A stretch of DNA of 63,875 bases, counting the filler, from Corallochytrium limacisporum Hawaii (lineage: Eukaryota; Protista; Pluriformea): assembly GCA_002811645.1 (NCBI GenBank). It is 6 parts of 6 records of this genome, joined end to end, with 100 filler letters (N's around TTAATTAATTAA, not from the genome) between each part and the next. Parts side by side here need not be neighbours in the genome. Positions count along the whole stretch, not along the records: positions 1 to 24,732 come from PDIP01000140.1; positions 24,833 to 43,018 come from PDIP01000271.1; 4 more parts are not named here. The stretch is one strand, 5' to 3'. Made by a program: the position numbers and the translations under genes. Of the stretch, positions 11,001 to 25,920 are shown piece by piece (position 1 is the first letter of the stretch; every line of letters starts with the position of its first letter). The notes beneath the pieces were generated by a model. That model made no database searches. It had not been told where the DNA came from and saw nothing but the letters and a program-made list of their open reading frames with translations.

Positions 11001-13182
11001 AACCAAGGGGGTCGCATTACACACACACAAGGGGGTGACCATTAGGACTTTTTCTTTTGCGCGCGGTCTCTCTCTCTCTCTCTCACTCACTCTCTCACTC
11101 TCTTTCTCTCTCACTCTCTTGTCAGTTGTCATTCTGTAAGGATGGAAGGGGGATATGTTTTTTTTGTTACTTTTTTTTTTAATTTTGCAAGAAACGACAA
11201 GGACAGGAAGAGTCCGAAGGTTTCGACCGAGGGAAAAATCCTTTGCAGCGGCGGCGCTGGTGGACCCAGAACCATACCACAATAACCCCGGGGTGGGGGA
11301 GAAAACAAGAGAAGGAAGGTACGCACGAACCAGAAAAACTAAGACACGAAGCAACAACAAAAACACACTCACACATGGGAAGCAAGACCGCTTTCCTTTT
11401 AAAACAACAACAACCACCATCCGAACGACCATCAAACAAAAACAGCCACGGACGGGAAAATAAAAGAAGGTAGTCTTGCCAAAATAGACTTACACCGTAC
11501 CAGGAGCGGGATAATACACACGAGCGGTCAGTTTGCCAGCCAGGGGTTCCTGACACGTCCACGCTTCTTCGCGATATTTTTGATTGTCGTCTTCTTCTTT
11601 TTTATTTCTTCGCTTTTCTTCTAATTTCATGATTCCGTCCGGAACGGTTCGGGTGCGGTTCTATTGTGTTTTTATCTGCGTGCGTTCAAATTCAATATAT
11701 TATGTACGGTGCTCTCGGACAATCACGGCGGGCGGACCTTGGTACGGTCGTTATATACATTCCTCCCGGGCTGCCGACCGGCCCACGAGATCTAACGGGG
11801 ACCATACCATGCTGTATAATGAATGTATTGCATTATCTCTGGCTATCGGCACCAATCACGGTCAGGTGCCTGTTCTTCCATTGCATAGGAAACCGTACGC
11901 CTTCGATGTTTGCGCCACCGTTGTGTTAGGAATTGAGCTTTGGTTCATAGGTAGGGTACTTTCATTTCTTTGATGATCTGATACATAATATATTACAGTA
12001 TTAAGACTGGAATCCTATTTTGGAAATTATGTAGTAATCTGAGATGGCCATCCCGACCAAGCGTTGTCCATTGTGTTTTACGCTATCTTCTATCTCTCCA
12101 ATCCCCTCTCACACACTCTACCATCATGCCACATGCAAATCCACATCCTTCCTCTTTTCGCTATAGCAGGCAAAAGTATTGGTGCATTACTCTTGCGCGC
12201 GAGCGATGGGTAGCGCAGATGGCCACCGGTGTCTTGATCCGCTGGAAAGGCATCCTAAAAATATGGTGGCGCTCCCGCCTCCAAAGTCATTAAAGGAAAA
12301 AGAAAAAAAAAGGAAACTCTCAAGCCTTCACTTGCCTGACGCACACAACACTGAACACCCGCAATGGCTCGCATACACCAATCAGGGCAGCCAGCCACCT
12401 GCAATTACCGGTACCTTAGTCTGTGGTCCAGTCCGTCTGTTTTTTTTTTCTCATTTGCTCACTTTAGCAGATCTTATTCTTGCGTTGTCCATTTTTCCTT
12501 TTTTTTCAGAATTTTCCGGTGCGTGAGACAGTGGATTCAACAATGGGAACGGGGGCCCCTACCAGCACGCAAGTGTCGCATTGCTCGTTAACTCTCTCGA
12601 CCAATGTTTTCATTGTTTTTCTGCGGAGGTAGACCGCGCGTTTCTGCACTAGTGACTTCTAAGAATCTTGTACAATAGTAACTTGGCCCTAGAGTCTGAG
12701 AACTTTACAGTGTGTACTGTGAACAGTTTGGAACCGGTGCTCGATGCAAACGTGGTGGTATTATTATACGGACTTTTAATAAACTGTCTATATTGTTATA
12801 TTAAAATACATATTTTCATATACTTTCATTGTGTAATTAGCCAACTGCGCCATGCAGAGAGTGAGAACGTAGTACTGAAAAAATTTTCCGTTCCAGTTAT
12901 TGTGCCTTTGTGGGTTAAATTCTGACACAAGGGACAATATTTCATGTACTGAACGTACAGGGAAGAAGTCCGAGTTACTCAGAATTTATGACGCCCGAAC
13001 AGAGAGAGGGAAACCCAAGAGAAACGCAAGAGACGAGTCCACCGGCCCGAAACTCACACACACTCAGGCCTGATTACACTCGCCCAAACACCCACACACC
13101 CACTCCGGAACACACCCAGCCCAGACACCTGGAACAAACAACTGGGGGGCAGTGTGCGATTTCAGGACCCCCGGGCCCGCCT

Positions 13183-13295
13183 CACACACACACACACATA
13201 CACCTACACACACACACATACACCTACACCTACACACACACACACATACACACATACACACACACACATACACACATACACACACACACACACAT
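13183..13295. repeat. Interrupted (CA)n microsatellite
   Basis: About 110 bp of CA repeats with TA/CCTA interruptions. Confidence 0.95.
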
Positions 13296-16200
13296 TCACC
13301 CCCGTTTTGCCTCTCCCCTCCCTTCCACACGAAACATCCACACTGCGTCATGAAAGTGAGTGATTTCTGTTGCCCCGAAAACCGAAAAGTCGGAAAGTGA
13401 AAGTTTGGGGGGCGGCGGTGGCTGGGGGAGAGGACCACGGGAGCCCGCCGCAAGGGTGGTGGACAAGAGCAGAAAAGTTTGTGACAAAGGGCGGGCGACC
13501 CAAAGGGACCAAATGAAAAAAAAAAAAGGAAAAAAAAAGGAACGCACTATCAACCGCATCACACACCGCCTGCTCACGACCGCACTAAAAACACAAACGA
13601 TGACGATCACTCGCAGTTGTCTTCTCGCATATTCCAAATAGAGCTCGAGTTTTTTTTTCGCAACAGAACTCGCATATAATCACTATGAAAGCGAATGTAC
13701 CAAACAGTCTTAGTTGTTGAAATTGATTGGGCAAGGGTGACCAACCAAAGCGACAGGGCACCGCAATGTCCTTGTTCCATCCGTACGAAAAAACAAATAA
13801 AGCAAGTTGCCATCTCTTTTGCACAAATTAGAGAGCTTCCTGAAGGAAGCATGTGTGAAAAAAAGCGGGAGTATTCACTATGGACGTCGCAGGATATACG
13901 ACCTCAGAGGTGACAAAAAGTAACCTGGGTGAGATCGTAAAAAAATATATAGCCGCCGCGTATTAATGTGGCTCCTCCCCTCTCCCCTTCCGCCAGAAGC
14001 GGCTTTGCTTACCCTGTCAACTCTTGTGTTCTGTCCCTCTCTCTCTCCCCCCCCCCTGCCGTCCCTCCCCGGGCCTTCCCTCCCTTTGATTCTTTATGCC
14101 CCAGCTACCGATGGATGCTTCCGCTGTCCTGGGTCTGAGGATCTTTGTTTGATCTGAATGCCTTGGTAAGGAACTGATAGGAGGACCGGACCCCCGCTGT
14201 GTCTGGTGGCGGAGAGAGAGAGGGGAAGAACCACCCACCCGGAACGGCCAGGAAAAACACGGGAAGCGAAGGGGGGGGGCCTTCCCTTTGCCTTCGTCTG
14301 TTGCAGTGGCATAAGTAGTGAATGAACGTACTTGCTTGGCGGTGTGTGTGCCTTTACGTGAGGTTGAGCGAAGGAGGAGAGGATATCTGATGGTATGTTG
14401 CCCCATATGACAGAGGGTCGGGGGAGGGAGGTGGTACCAAGCCGAAGCGGAGGGAGCCGTTTCGTGTGACTGTGTGAGAAGGCGGTGCGGAGCAGCAAGT
14501 TCTTTTTGCACGGGAGAGAAGGGGGAAGGGGGGGTGGGGGAGAGGAGAGAGCGAGTGAGGGACGGGGACCCGGAAGGGTTTAAGGGAGAGAGCATGGGTG
14601 ATTGTTTGGAGAAAGTGTGAATTCATTCGAAATGTCCAGCCAGTGTTCCGAACGGTATTCTGTACATATTCAATATACTAGGCGGTTCCAAACAAATGAC
14701 ACGATGCCCACCTGCGCATTCTTTTTTGATGTGTCCATCCAACCCACAGAATTTGTATCAGAAACTTGAACGGTGGGGGGAGGGGGGGGGGCGAGGAGGA
14801 GATGGGTGATTTACGGAAGGGGACCGGGCACAATGAGCGAGCCGACAGCAAGACGCGAGAAACAGCGCAATGTTCACTATAGTGCCCCCGTAAAGTTGCT
14901 CTGGGCTCCCGGTAAACGTATCTGTGCGACACCGAGTGTATCACTTTTTCGTCTGCACACTGTCGAGACAGGGCTATTGCATGGTACACTTGGCCCGTCC
15001 CACACTTACTGATAGTCCGGTGTACCGTTACCGCAACTGTTGCGTGTAAGTTGAACAAAGAGACGAGGTAGAGGAGAATGACCACGATGTTCCACCAAGT
15101 TTTCCAGAAAGCGGTCCCCCACCACCCCTCCCTCCCTCTTCCTCCCCGGCAGCCCCAAAATCCTGCCTCCCTCTCTTCTCTCCTCCCTCCCCCCCCCCCC
15201 AAACGGTCGCAGCCCATGTGAGTCTGGTGTGAGGATCGATCACGCAGTGGTACTCGAAACTGATTTTCTGTGCTGTGTTGCTGAGCAAAAAAGTAAACGA
15301 AAGAAGCCGCCCGTGAGGATTTATCTATTGGCTCAGGCTGTCCCTTTACCCCTGCGCTGCTATTCCCGGGCTTCCCATTTGTTCTGGCCCAATATGTTGG
15401 AGGACATATTCTTACGTCCTTTCATCGAATTTGTACAAACCAAAACAGAACAATGCGATAAACACTAATTGATAGTAGAAGAAGAAAAAATAGAGGGGTT
15501 ACCGGTGCTGCCGGATAAAGTTTGTGGGGTGCGGGGAGAAGGGGGATCTGTATTGGATAAAGTTAATGGAGTTGAAAAGAATGTTGCGTAGTTTTATCTA
15601 AACGATTGAAGGAAGTATGGCAAGGTAGGGGGAGCCGCACATGCGGGACCCAAAACGAGACAAACACGAAGGGGAAGAAAAAAGTTTTAAGGATTTTGGT
15701 AGATTAAGAAATGATGGGCAGCGTATGTTATCCGCGTCCGGACACGAAGACCAGGAGGGAAGGCCTAGGCAAATATATACTCAATGACCGGCGACGCGCA
15801 AAAGTGGATGAGAGACGAGATTGATGGATGGATTGGATCAGACGGGAGGGCGGCGCCGCGGGGAGGGGGACGGCATGCCTTTTAGAAGAGACACAAATGA
15901 AATCATTGCTGCCGACCTTGCATAGTGAGAGACGGGGTTGTGGAAGAGAGAAAATGTGCCCAGAGGAAAAAAAACCGAGAAACGGCGTGTAGATGAAAGA
16001 CTACAGCACAATCGCCGAGGGGGACACAAGCGAGAGGGAGAAAGAGAGAGAGAGAGAGAGAGTGTGTGTGTGTGTGCGTGTGTGTATTATGTGACTGTGG
16101 GCGCCCATTGGTGATTGTGTTTCATCCCTGTGCACCACACTTGACAGGTGTTTCCTCTCCCCCCCAGTGTGCGCACTGACGGCCACAAATCACAGTCAGG

Positions 16201-17304
16201 CAAGTCCCAAAGGAGAGCAAGGGACAAGGACTAGTCTACACCAGGATTCCATCCCATATGTCCCATCCTACCCCATCCAGGCGGACCATCCCTGTGGTGT
16301 CCTTCCATTCCATATACATGCATGTTCGTCGTCATTGGCATGCCTTTATGGACTGTTAGAAACCGTACGGAAGCCATGACGGCAAACCACTGACGAACCC
16401 TGATCTCGGAGAGATGGCGAAAGTCCGCAAACCTAACGGACTGGAGCGTCAAAGCACAAATTTGGTTGAGTAGGATGGGTCACAGATGTCACCAGCACCT
16501 ACAAGGAAAGAAAAAATGTTGCAGGACTGCAAGAAACCATGGTGTAGGGATTGTCGCTCCGCTTTATGCGGTTGCGGAGCCTGCTAGCAGCCAGCCACCA
16601 AGCGGGGAAGCGGAGGTGGCACAGTGGTGCAGGTCGGGCAATGTCCGTGTTTGGTTCGTGTGTGGCTAAGTTGGTACTTTGTCTCTAAGCGCTCACCCAA
16701 AACCCCAGCTGCAGACCCCAACCACCACAACATTCCGGATTGTTAGACCGCGCCAGTCCTTGCCGTCATGAATCTACACGACGCATTGTTCCACGTTGAC
16801 CCGCTGTTCTTTCGCAAATACGGGATACATTTGTTTGGCGAACTTGTGCCTTGCTCTCAAACCGGTACTCGGAGTCTTGAACGTGTGCGGGATATGACCT
16901 CCGAATCATGCACACTCCCAATCGGTCTCTGAAGGAACATTTGAATGATTGAAGCAAAGTGAAGTGCTTGGGCAAACAATGATGTGGACTGCCGCCTTCG
17001 CACATCTGTTTGAAAAGGGCCTGTACATTAACCATGTACGGAGCTGAAGAAAAGGATAGTGAGTAAAACAGGATAGGGCTTGGCAGAGAACAAGAGAATA
17101 TTTTCGGCACTGACGGCCCAGGGTTTGCAAGGGTTGACACAAGATTGTCCAACAACCAGCACACACAAAAACAACAGGTGATGATTTGTTCTGGGAGTCA
17201 ACAAATTCTTTGCCACTAAAATTCTTCGCAGAAGCCAGCCATCATTTCTAGACAGTGGTGAGATTTGTCACCACCCGCTGCAGCCCACACACGCGGATAC
17301 GCAC

Positions 17305-17405
<101 letters not shown>

Positions 17406-19494
17406 AACCAGTTCCGAGTTGGAATGCCTGGCTTCTTACCTTCCGTCGATGGTGTTGCGGTGGTTCCTTCGTTACCCGCCATGTTTTGGTGGTTATCATT
17501 ACGTTCGTCTTGGACGGCTTCCCACAATCTGTCATTTGCTGTGCCGAGCGACCCGTGGTTTGCCTAGTACACGGACGGTGGAGAAAGTGTACACAGGACC
17601 GGGTAGCGTGAGTGAGGGCCCAGCAACAGCCTCCTCCGTGATCACCACCACACCAAATCCAGTTCGACATTGAATATAAGGATGGACGTGTCATACTCTA
17701 CGGCCATCACCAGACAACAAACTGCCATCCAGCCCTCGCTCAGCTGGTATCGTTGCGTCTTGTTGTAGTTATACTGATGTTCATGTTTGTCTAACCGTGG
17801 TCGCCACCTCCTCCGCGTTGCGGTGTGATCCACCTTTCAATACACACATTCATGCAGTGGGAGCGCAACCTAGTGGGATCGCCAGGGTAATCACACATGC
17901 ATTGGGAAGCGCCACCGTGTAGTTACACAATTTCTATTCTTGCACATCCAATGGCCCATACCAGAGAGAGCATGATCATCACAAGACTTTCTGCGTGCGT
18001 GCTCTATGGGGCTCACACAGCACCGCGGCGACGGTGCGAAAAAGGCGTGAAAAAAGTAGGTCCGGTTTCGATGTGGACGGATGCACGCACGCTCTGTGTG
18101 GTGGCGAGCGCTTTTTATTGTTGACGATGATCGTGATCATGGTCAATCATGGCGATGACGATTAACCGTTGCATACACGGTACTCGTACCAAAAAGTGCG
18201 CTGCGGTGGGGGACTCTCATAAAACCCACAGCACACACAGACGCACACGCCCTAAAATGTCCCAAGAGATCCCCTGCGGTGATTATGAAGCAAACAGAAG
18301 CCAGCGGGTTGTCCCTTGACTTCTAGGAAGTGCGTGTACTAAGTCTATGGAACACGCCAACCACGGAGCTGGAAAATGACCCGCTCTGCTATTTTTCTTC
18401 TGCGTTTGAAAAATTTGAAATGCAACGATTTCCGTGGAGGGGCGGGCCAGTGTTCCACTCCTCCGTTCGTTGATATCTTGAGTCCCGTCCAAAACAGCAA
18501 GGATTTGCAACACAAAAAAAATTGGTGTGCGTGTGCGTGTGCGTGTGCGTGTGCGTGTGTGTGTGTGTGTGTGTTGTACCCGTAGATAGTTTTCTTGCAG
18601 ACTCGGACGCAGGTGACGGGTGTGGCTTGTTTTTGTTCGATTCCCAATTTCGTCGTTTTGCTAGCAGAACTCCCACTTCAGATGCGTCCCTTCCGCGCGC
18701 CCGTCCCCCCCCCCCCTTCCCCCGGGGTTCTTCGCCTCGGTCCCCTATCACTGTTTAAAACCCGCCAACATACCCCCCCCCTTTTTTAGGTCGCCCGTCT
18801 CTTTTATTACTCCTTTCCTTTTCTCCTTCCGGATTGCTTCGCATTATTTTTTTATTCTGTATTTTTTTTTCTTGGAACGCCAAAAAAGCAGAAACGGACC
18901 GCAGCTCGGTACATTGTGGGGGGGGGGTGAACCACCCGCACACTCGTTCCATCACCATTGGTGGCGGCATAATTCGTTCTTTTCTCTGGGAGGAGGAGGG
19001 TGTGTGTGTGTGTGTGCGTGAGTGTGTATGGGATAGCGGAGTTTGGGTGCTTTCTACGAGAAGTCTAGGGAGCCCTAGCGCGTGCATGCATGTGCCATGT
19101 TCACGGATAGATGGTGGTTCCCGGAGAGGGTGGATGGATGGCCGCTCCGCGCCCGTGGTCATCACTCTTCCGCAACTCTCCGCAGTTGCGCTGCGAAAGT
19201 TTCCGACTGGACCCTATGCTGTCCCAAAAGAATTGAAAGTGTGCAATGCAGAATGAAGAATAGAACACCGGCGCAACATACAAAATCTGCAATCTCACTT
19301 TTAGGAGTTGTTTTCCTGCATTCCGTCCTCTTTCTTTGACAGATTAGAGACTTGGCAGAGTTACTTACAAAAACAAAACCCCCAAAGAACGACAAGAACA
19401 GGAATGAAGCCCAGTGCACTGGTGATCACGTTACGCACCCATGACGCATTTGGCGAGGGGCAGAGCCCCTAAGAAAAGAAGAGAAGGAAGCAGA

Positions 19495-19665
19495 GTGTGA
19501 GCGAGAACAGGGGAGAGAGAGAGAGTGAGAGAGAGAGAGAGGGAGAGTGAGAGAGTGAGAGCGAGAGAACAGAAGAGAGAGAGAGAGAGAGCGAGAGCGA
19601 GAGAGAGAGGGAGCGAGAGAGAGAGAGAGCGAGAGCGAGAGAGAGAGGGAGCGAGAGAGAGAGAG
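19495..19665. repeat. GA/GAGC-rich compound microsatellite
   Basis: Polypurine tract of GA, GAGC and GAGT units. Confidence 0.9.
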
Positions 19666-21449
19666 CGACGAAGAATGAGCGAGAAAAATGTAACCGAGAA
19701 CGAAGAGGGGAGCCCGAGAGACTTTGCGAGCGGGAGAGTAAGAGAGAGAGAGAGCGAGAGAAGGGAAGGCTGCGACATAATACATTGTACGGATGACCTT
19801 CTTCTACTCGTCTTAGCTACTTTGCATGGTGTCTCATGCCCGGACATGCAACATCCGTCCCGTCCATCTCAGGAGAGCTTGGGGATTCAGCACAATGTTC
19901 GTTTCGTCGACAGACACAACAAAGCGCGCCACAGCACCGGAGGATGGGGAAAGGGGAATTCCGCGCGGGCCATGGGGAGGGTCTCCACTTTCTTTGATCT
20001 AAAACTGTTAGGACTCTGTGTGCGTGGCCCCACATACCATCTATATTCAAAACAATAGGTTTTGACGATCTATCTTCCACCCTAGATATGTCGTGTTGCA
20101 TATCTATGATCCCTAACGTTGGCGATATGCCATATTTCAGCGGACAAGAGATATCACGTATCTCACCTTTAACTGTGCATCACTACCCAAACCCGCACCC
20201 CGAGGGATCCAAAAGGAGCCAAGACCTTGAAGCGCTAGCACAGCTCGTGCGATGCTGGTTTTTTGATGCACTGCCTTGCACAATAGGGGTAAGCAACACG
20301 GCGGCGCGGAGTGGGGGGGTACCAAATAGAAGAAGCAATGATGTAATAAGCTACATACTACTACGTATGCTTCACTAATAAGTTGACACCGGGTAGTAGT
20401 AGGTGCGGCAACGAATGAACCGCTGATGAAATGGTGCTCAATTCGGCATGCAAACACTGTGCAGCGGCGTACGTTGGCTATGAGTCCCTGCTGTCAATTT
20501 TTTTTGGGATTTGTCGGGGAAGTTGGTATCTCTCTTTTCACTGCCATCAAGGGATTTCCTCTTCTGAAGAATGAACGGTAAACGTTAGTTTATTAAGTAT
20601 ATAAATTAGCAATTTTTAAGAATGTAGGAGGGAATTAGTGCCCAGCAGAAACGAAAAACTCAAATGTTTCATTGCAGGCATATGAATCTTAACTCTACGC
20701 ATGTCAATTTTAAGTGATGGGCACTGGAAAGAATCAATTGATTGCATATATTGGGTATTACAGAATTGCGGGATGGCCATGCTTGTGGAAGAACAAGATA
20801 AAGCAGCTCCGTTTTTTCTCCCACCCCATCTCCCAACGACAAACCTCTTCGCTCTGACTCTGTTGCTGGTTCACTTCGTCATAAAATATGAGACTGAACG
20901 AAGAATGTAAAACTGGGAAGCCGAGTTTATTTTTTGGTGAACCCCGCCCAACGGGCCCATTTCGGGTGCCATCGAAATTGGGAAGAGAGTCAATAAAAAT
21001 CTCAAAAAATGTGAGAGAGCGAGAGAGAGAGAGAGGAAGAGAGGGGGAGAGAGAGAAAGAGCCAGGAACGGACGGCCATGGATTGACATGTTGGTTGCTA
21101 GAGCAATCATGCTGGATCCTATGGGGGAGGTGAAGAGAAAGTACGCTGGAGATAAAAAAGGGCTGACGGGTACTTAAACGAACGATTACAAGCAGGACAC
21201 TGGCTGCAAGCTCCCAGCAAGCACAGCCATCGCTTTCGCAAGGAATGATGCTACCAAGTTTCGTCTAGACTTACTTGTGAGTTACATCTTGTTTCATTTA
21301 ATAAGCAAAATGATAGCAATACATTAACTATAGAATACTTCTAAGAAGCTTGTTTTGGACAGAGGAGATGAAGAGGAAGCAGGGGATGCGAGGGAGACCA
21401 GGGGTTTGGTTTGCGCAGCAACGGTCAAAGCAGTACGTGGAGCTCAGCG

Positions 21450-21595
21450 ACACACAGAGACACAGAGAGCGAAAGAGAGAGAGAGAGAGACAGACAGAGA
21501 GCGAGAGCGAGAGAGAGAGAGAGAGAGAGGCAGAGACAGAGACAGAGACAGAGACAGAGAGAGAGCGAGAGAGAAAGAGAGAGACAGGGAGAGCG
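21450..21595. repeat. GA/GAGACA compound microsatellite
   Basis: Alternating (GA)n and (GAGACA)n units. Confidence 0.9.
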
Positions 21596-22771
21596 CGCAC
21601 CGCAGCTCGGCCGGGGGTGTGGAGGAGGTGGAACTGGGAAAAGGAAGAGATTCGGACGAGAGGGTGGGGGAGGGGAAGGAAGCGGAGCGCGGTCTGGAAA
21701 GATTTGTTCCAGGCGCAGAAAACAAAAAGCCAGGGGGTAAACTCTATCTCCCCCCTTCGCCCGGGGAGGGGTACGGGACACAGTGCTGACTGTGACTGGG
21801 ACCCGGGGAGAGAGTTGGGGGGTGAGTTGCCGAGGTGGTGGTCTCACCAAGGGTCCAAACTGAGCGCAAGGATTTTAATTTCTAGCGCCAAGCGACCAGG
21901 GGACCGGTATTCGTTGGGAAAGCCTTTTCGAGCGGGTTGGTGAGATTGCGTAGAAAGTTAGGTGCGCTGTGGATAAGAAATTTCGACGGTTGCTGACAAA
22001 TAGCGACAGAACCGGCAAGAGAGACAGTATCCTGCTACCGGAGCAAATATACTTCGAAAAGAGACAAAGGTAAGAGATTTGATAAGGATTCTGTATAAGA
22101 AATACACCCTCTAATTCAGTTAAAGTCACCAAAATTACTATCGCTATCTCTGGAGTGGCGGTGAGATGCGGGAGGGAGGGGGAGGAGGAGTGAAACTGTC
22201 TGAAGCTGTGTCACAGCAACAATACCGCACCCATTAGCACGCAACTGATGGTGGAGTACAAAGTACAATGTTTCGGACAAATGAGGATATCACACACACC
22301 ACTGACTCGTGGTTCCTGCCTGTCTCGGATGTTGGTTTAAGTATATGGCATTTTTGAGAGCAGCGTGTAGATGTTGCACACACACACACACACGCACGGA
22401 CAGAAAGATCGCTAGCAAAGGTCGTAGATGGAAGGGGAGAACAATGTCACCTCAGAATGGGACGGTTGTCATGCCATGTCATGAGACCACTCTACCCTCC
22501 CCTTCCCTGGTATACAGTATATATGGCCTGAGTACGACGAAGGTGAGAAAAAAAGGGAGAGTGAACGAAGCTATTGGTGTGATTCAATGTTACGTGCATT
22601 AGTGACGGCAGCCAAATGGGAGAAGAAGTGAAAAGAAACCGAGAGTCCTTGGGCTGATCATGAGTCAGTACATTTTCTATGAATTCTTCCGCGGATTACG
22701 GCGGAGTTCTTGCGAGTGGTTTCTCTTGAGGCGGGCAGCGAGCAAGGGGGAGGGGCGGCGGGCTGGCACAC

Positions 22772-22780
<9 letters not shown>

Positions 22781-22843
<63 letters not shown>
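22781..22843. repeat. (GA)n microsatellite
   Basis: Perfect GA run of about 63 bp. Confidence 0.95.
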
Positions 22844-22844
<1 letters not shown>

Positions 22845-23613
22845 ATGGGGCAACACAAGACAACGGACAGTCCGGCGCCCCCTCACCTTCCTTTCCTCCC
22901 CAACCTTCGGGAGAAGGAGGGAGAGCGAAGGAGCGGGGGAGAGAGAGAAGAAACTCAAAACGGGAGCGGGAGATCCCGCTAAGGTCTTGGCAAATTGAGT
23001 TTGAAGCGAAACCTTCGGGAAGGACTTTGGTTTCGCAAAGGCGCGCCCACAAGATTGGGAATCTAAACGGACCGTGGAGAGGAGTGGACAAAAAAGGGGC
23101 TCCCCTTTGCCGCGGTAGTAAAAGGCCTGACATTTTCCCCCGGTTGCTCTTCCACTTCGGGTTATGAAATTTCTTCAGGAAGAAAATTTCTTCAGACTCT
23201 TTGGACCCACTGTCTGTCAAGGATACACCTACCAAGTCTCATGAAGAGAGTCTGTCAGTACCAAACATACCGGTGTTTATCACCTGTTCACACTTGTAGC
23301 CTGATTCATGCCGCACTGTGTCTACGAATAAGGGTTGCGTAGAGGAACAACCGCGGCACCATGATCCCCTCTTTTCAGAGATAGCGATACCCACACCAAG
23401 CACTCAAAGGACAACTCCGCGCGCTTCGATCGTGTTCACACCTGCCGTCTAATCACGCGAGAGCTTTGCTCATAGTCGATCAATGTACGAACGGGACTTC
23501 TCGCGGGATCACTTCGTCTTCTGCCTGTACGCGTCGCCATGCTGCGGGTGATGCATGTCTTCATGCCCAGCGCACAAGAACCCAGCATCGTTCTTCAAGT
23601 GTCCCCTCTTCTT

Positions 23614-23647
<34 letters not shown>

Positions 23648-24285
23648 TCTGTGTCTCTGTGTGTGTGTGTGTCTCTCTCTCTCTGTGCCTGTATGTGGTT
23701 TCCCTCTGTTCATTGCTGTTTGTCTCTTCCCCTTTATGTCTCCTTTCTGTTGTCCTCCACCCTCCCTCATCCTTCCCTGCGGGGAAGGGGGGGGGGCCTC
23801 TTGTGCTCTCGTTCCCTCCCCCGCCCTCAAACTCGCTTCTCAATTCTGTTCCGTTCTTGCCGTTTCCGTCACCACCAGTGGGTGTCGGAGTTTGAAGAAA
23901 ACACCGTTCACCCACCTCCTGTGCCATCGTCTGTTCTCCATATTTTTTTTTCCTTTTTGTTTCCGGCTGTCGGTCTTTCCTTTCGGTGCCAAGGATGCAG
24001 GGAGGGGGGGGGACAAAAGCGGATTTGATTCCGTTCAAAAACTCCGTGCATGCGCTCAAAACAGACCAGGACATCCATGAACGCTGCGGTGCATGGGCCC
24101 ATGGTGAAGGAAAGGCAGTAATGCCTTGTTTCGAATCATTGAGCACACCAAAGTTTCTCCATATTAGTAATTTGTCCCTCTCTGTGCGTGCGTGTGAGTG
24201 TTGGAGTCTGTGTCTCTCCACCATTCTCTCGTCCACAGAGCCTTTTCGCCCGCCTTCCTTTCTCTTCGGTCTGCGTCTCGTTTGT

Positions 24286-24287
<2 letters not shown>

Positions 24288-24325
<38 letters not shown>
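24288..24325. repeat. (TG)n microsatellite
   Basis: Perfect TG run. Confidence 0.95.
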
Positions 24326-24327
<2 letters not shown>

Positions 24328-25920
24328 AGTAGTGTTGGCCACTCCTCCGGTACTGGCATTTTCTGACCTGAGCTAATCCCGGTCAACCTACATTTGCGGG
24401 TCTCTCTTCTACTTCCCACCTCGTTTTCAATTTCTTTTTTTTTTTTTGGTCCCCGCCCACTCTCCTCCCCCCGCCTTATCCCGCCTTTTTTTTTTTGCAG
24501 CCCAGCCCAGCCGGCACCTCACTCCCTCTCTGTCCTTTCTAATTCATTCTCTTTTTTTCTGTGCCTCTCCGGTACTCGTCATCGTCAGGTTTCAATTTTG
24601 CAAAATGTACCGTCCCTACCGGCTCTGCTTTCTTATGTTGAAAGTATGGACAAAAGAGATGGCGCGTTGGCAGAATGATTGGCACCCAAAAAAAGCCAGC
24701 TGACTCCTTCCCCCCCCTTCTCCCCCCCCCTGNNNNNNNNNNNNNNNNNNNNNNNNNNNNNNNNNNNNNNNNNNNNTTAATTAATTAANNNNNNNNNNNN
24801 NNNNNNNNNNNNNNNNNNNNNNNNNNNNNNNNGGGGGGGGGAAGGGCAGAGAGGGAGAAAGGGAAGAAGACAGGAAACGGAGCCTCCTTTCTCAGTCGGG
24901 GGGTGGCCTGCCTGGTCTGAATTAGCGGCCCCTGAAAACCCAAGACGGTGGGGGTCTGGGTTTCGGCCGGAGGTGGTTGATGGGACCGATGGGACCTCTG
25001 CGCACGGGGTTCGTTATCCCTGGAATTTGTCCGAGATGGGATGAGTTGATATTCGAGGGAAGGTTCTCATTAGCTTCTGTCAGGGTTTGGCGATGGTTTC
25101 AGAGAGGTTTACTGTTTGGTGGAGATCAAGGAGAACGCATGTACCCGTGATGGATGCAAATCTTGTGTCCACATGTCGTTCTATACGGAGAGCAACTAAG
25201 GCAAGGTATCTTGTCATCTTGGGGTTGCAGGTGTTGGCGTGTCCATCAAGCATCTCGGTACGGCACGAAGGAGATGAAATGGGGTGCTGCTGCTCTGTAT
25301 CATGAGTAGCAGTTAAAAGCAAGTCACGGTAGAGGAAACCAATGCAAGATCAGCACATTCAGGGGGAAGTGGGGCGGCGGCAGCGGCATCTTGTTGTGGA
25401 GAATTCTGTGTACCACGATGAGATCAAGCAGGTATACTTGCCAACAACTCATTGCCTGCAAAGGAATAGTACCACAACAATCCAATCAACCATCATTTGG
25501 ATATGCGCAGAAGTCACGTGGATCAGCAGGCACCTGGCGGTGTGTTCAGCGAGTGTGCAGACACCATACCCATGGTGGCTCAGCAGGACACCGTACCTCT
25601 GGGCAAGAACTTAAGCGGAGCATTGCCACACCGCAGAGACATTGAGAATAGGACTATTCAAAGTCCTCGGGGATTATTGCCGAATGCACAGACGGCAAGC
25701 AAGCCATGCAAAGCGCCCATCCAAAACGCCGAACGACATTTCCGCGACATTCAACACGAGCAACCTGTCACAGATTGTGGCCGGCGGCATTGCGAGTCGC
25801 AGCTGAAGGGAGTGCCGGGGTCACTGTCATAGACGGCTAAGAGAAGAACTTAAATAAATATACAGCATTTATTCTTGGACAGTTCCAAGATCATAGGCTT
25901 CCATTGCGAAGCAGCAACCT

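Noticed and set aside
24777-24788. TTAATTAATTAA palindrome repeated inside five N-runs
   Set aside because: Artificial six-frame-stop scaffolding linker, not biological.
25080-25832. Short ORFs between the gap and the VOC gene
   Set aside because: No motif and no splice-consistent model could be built.
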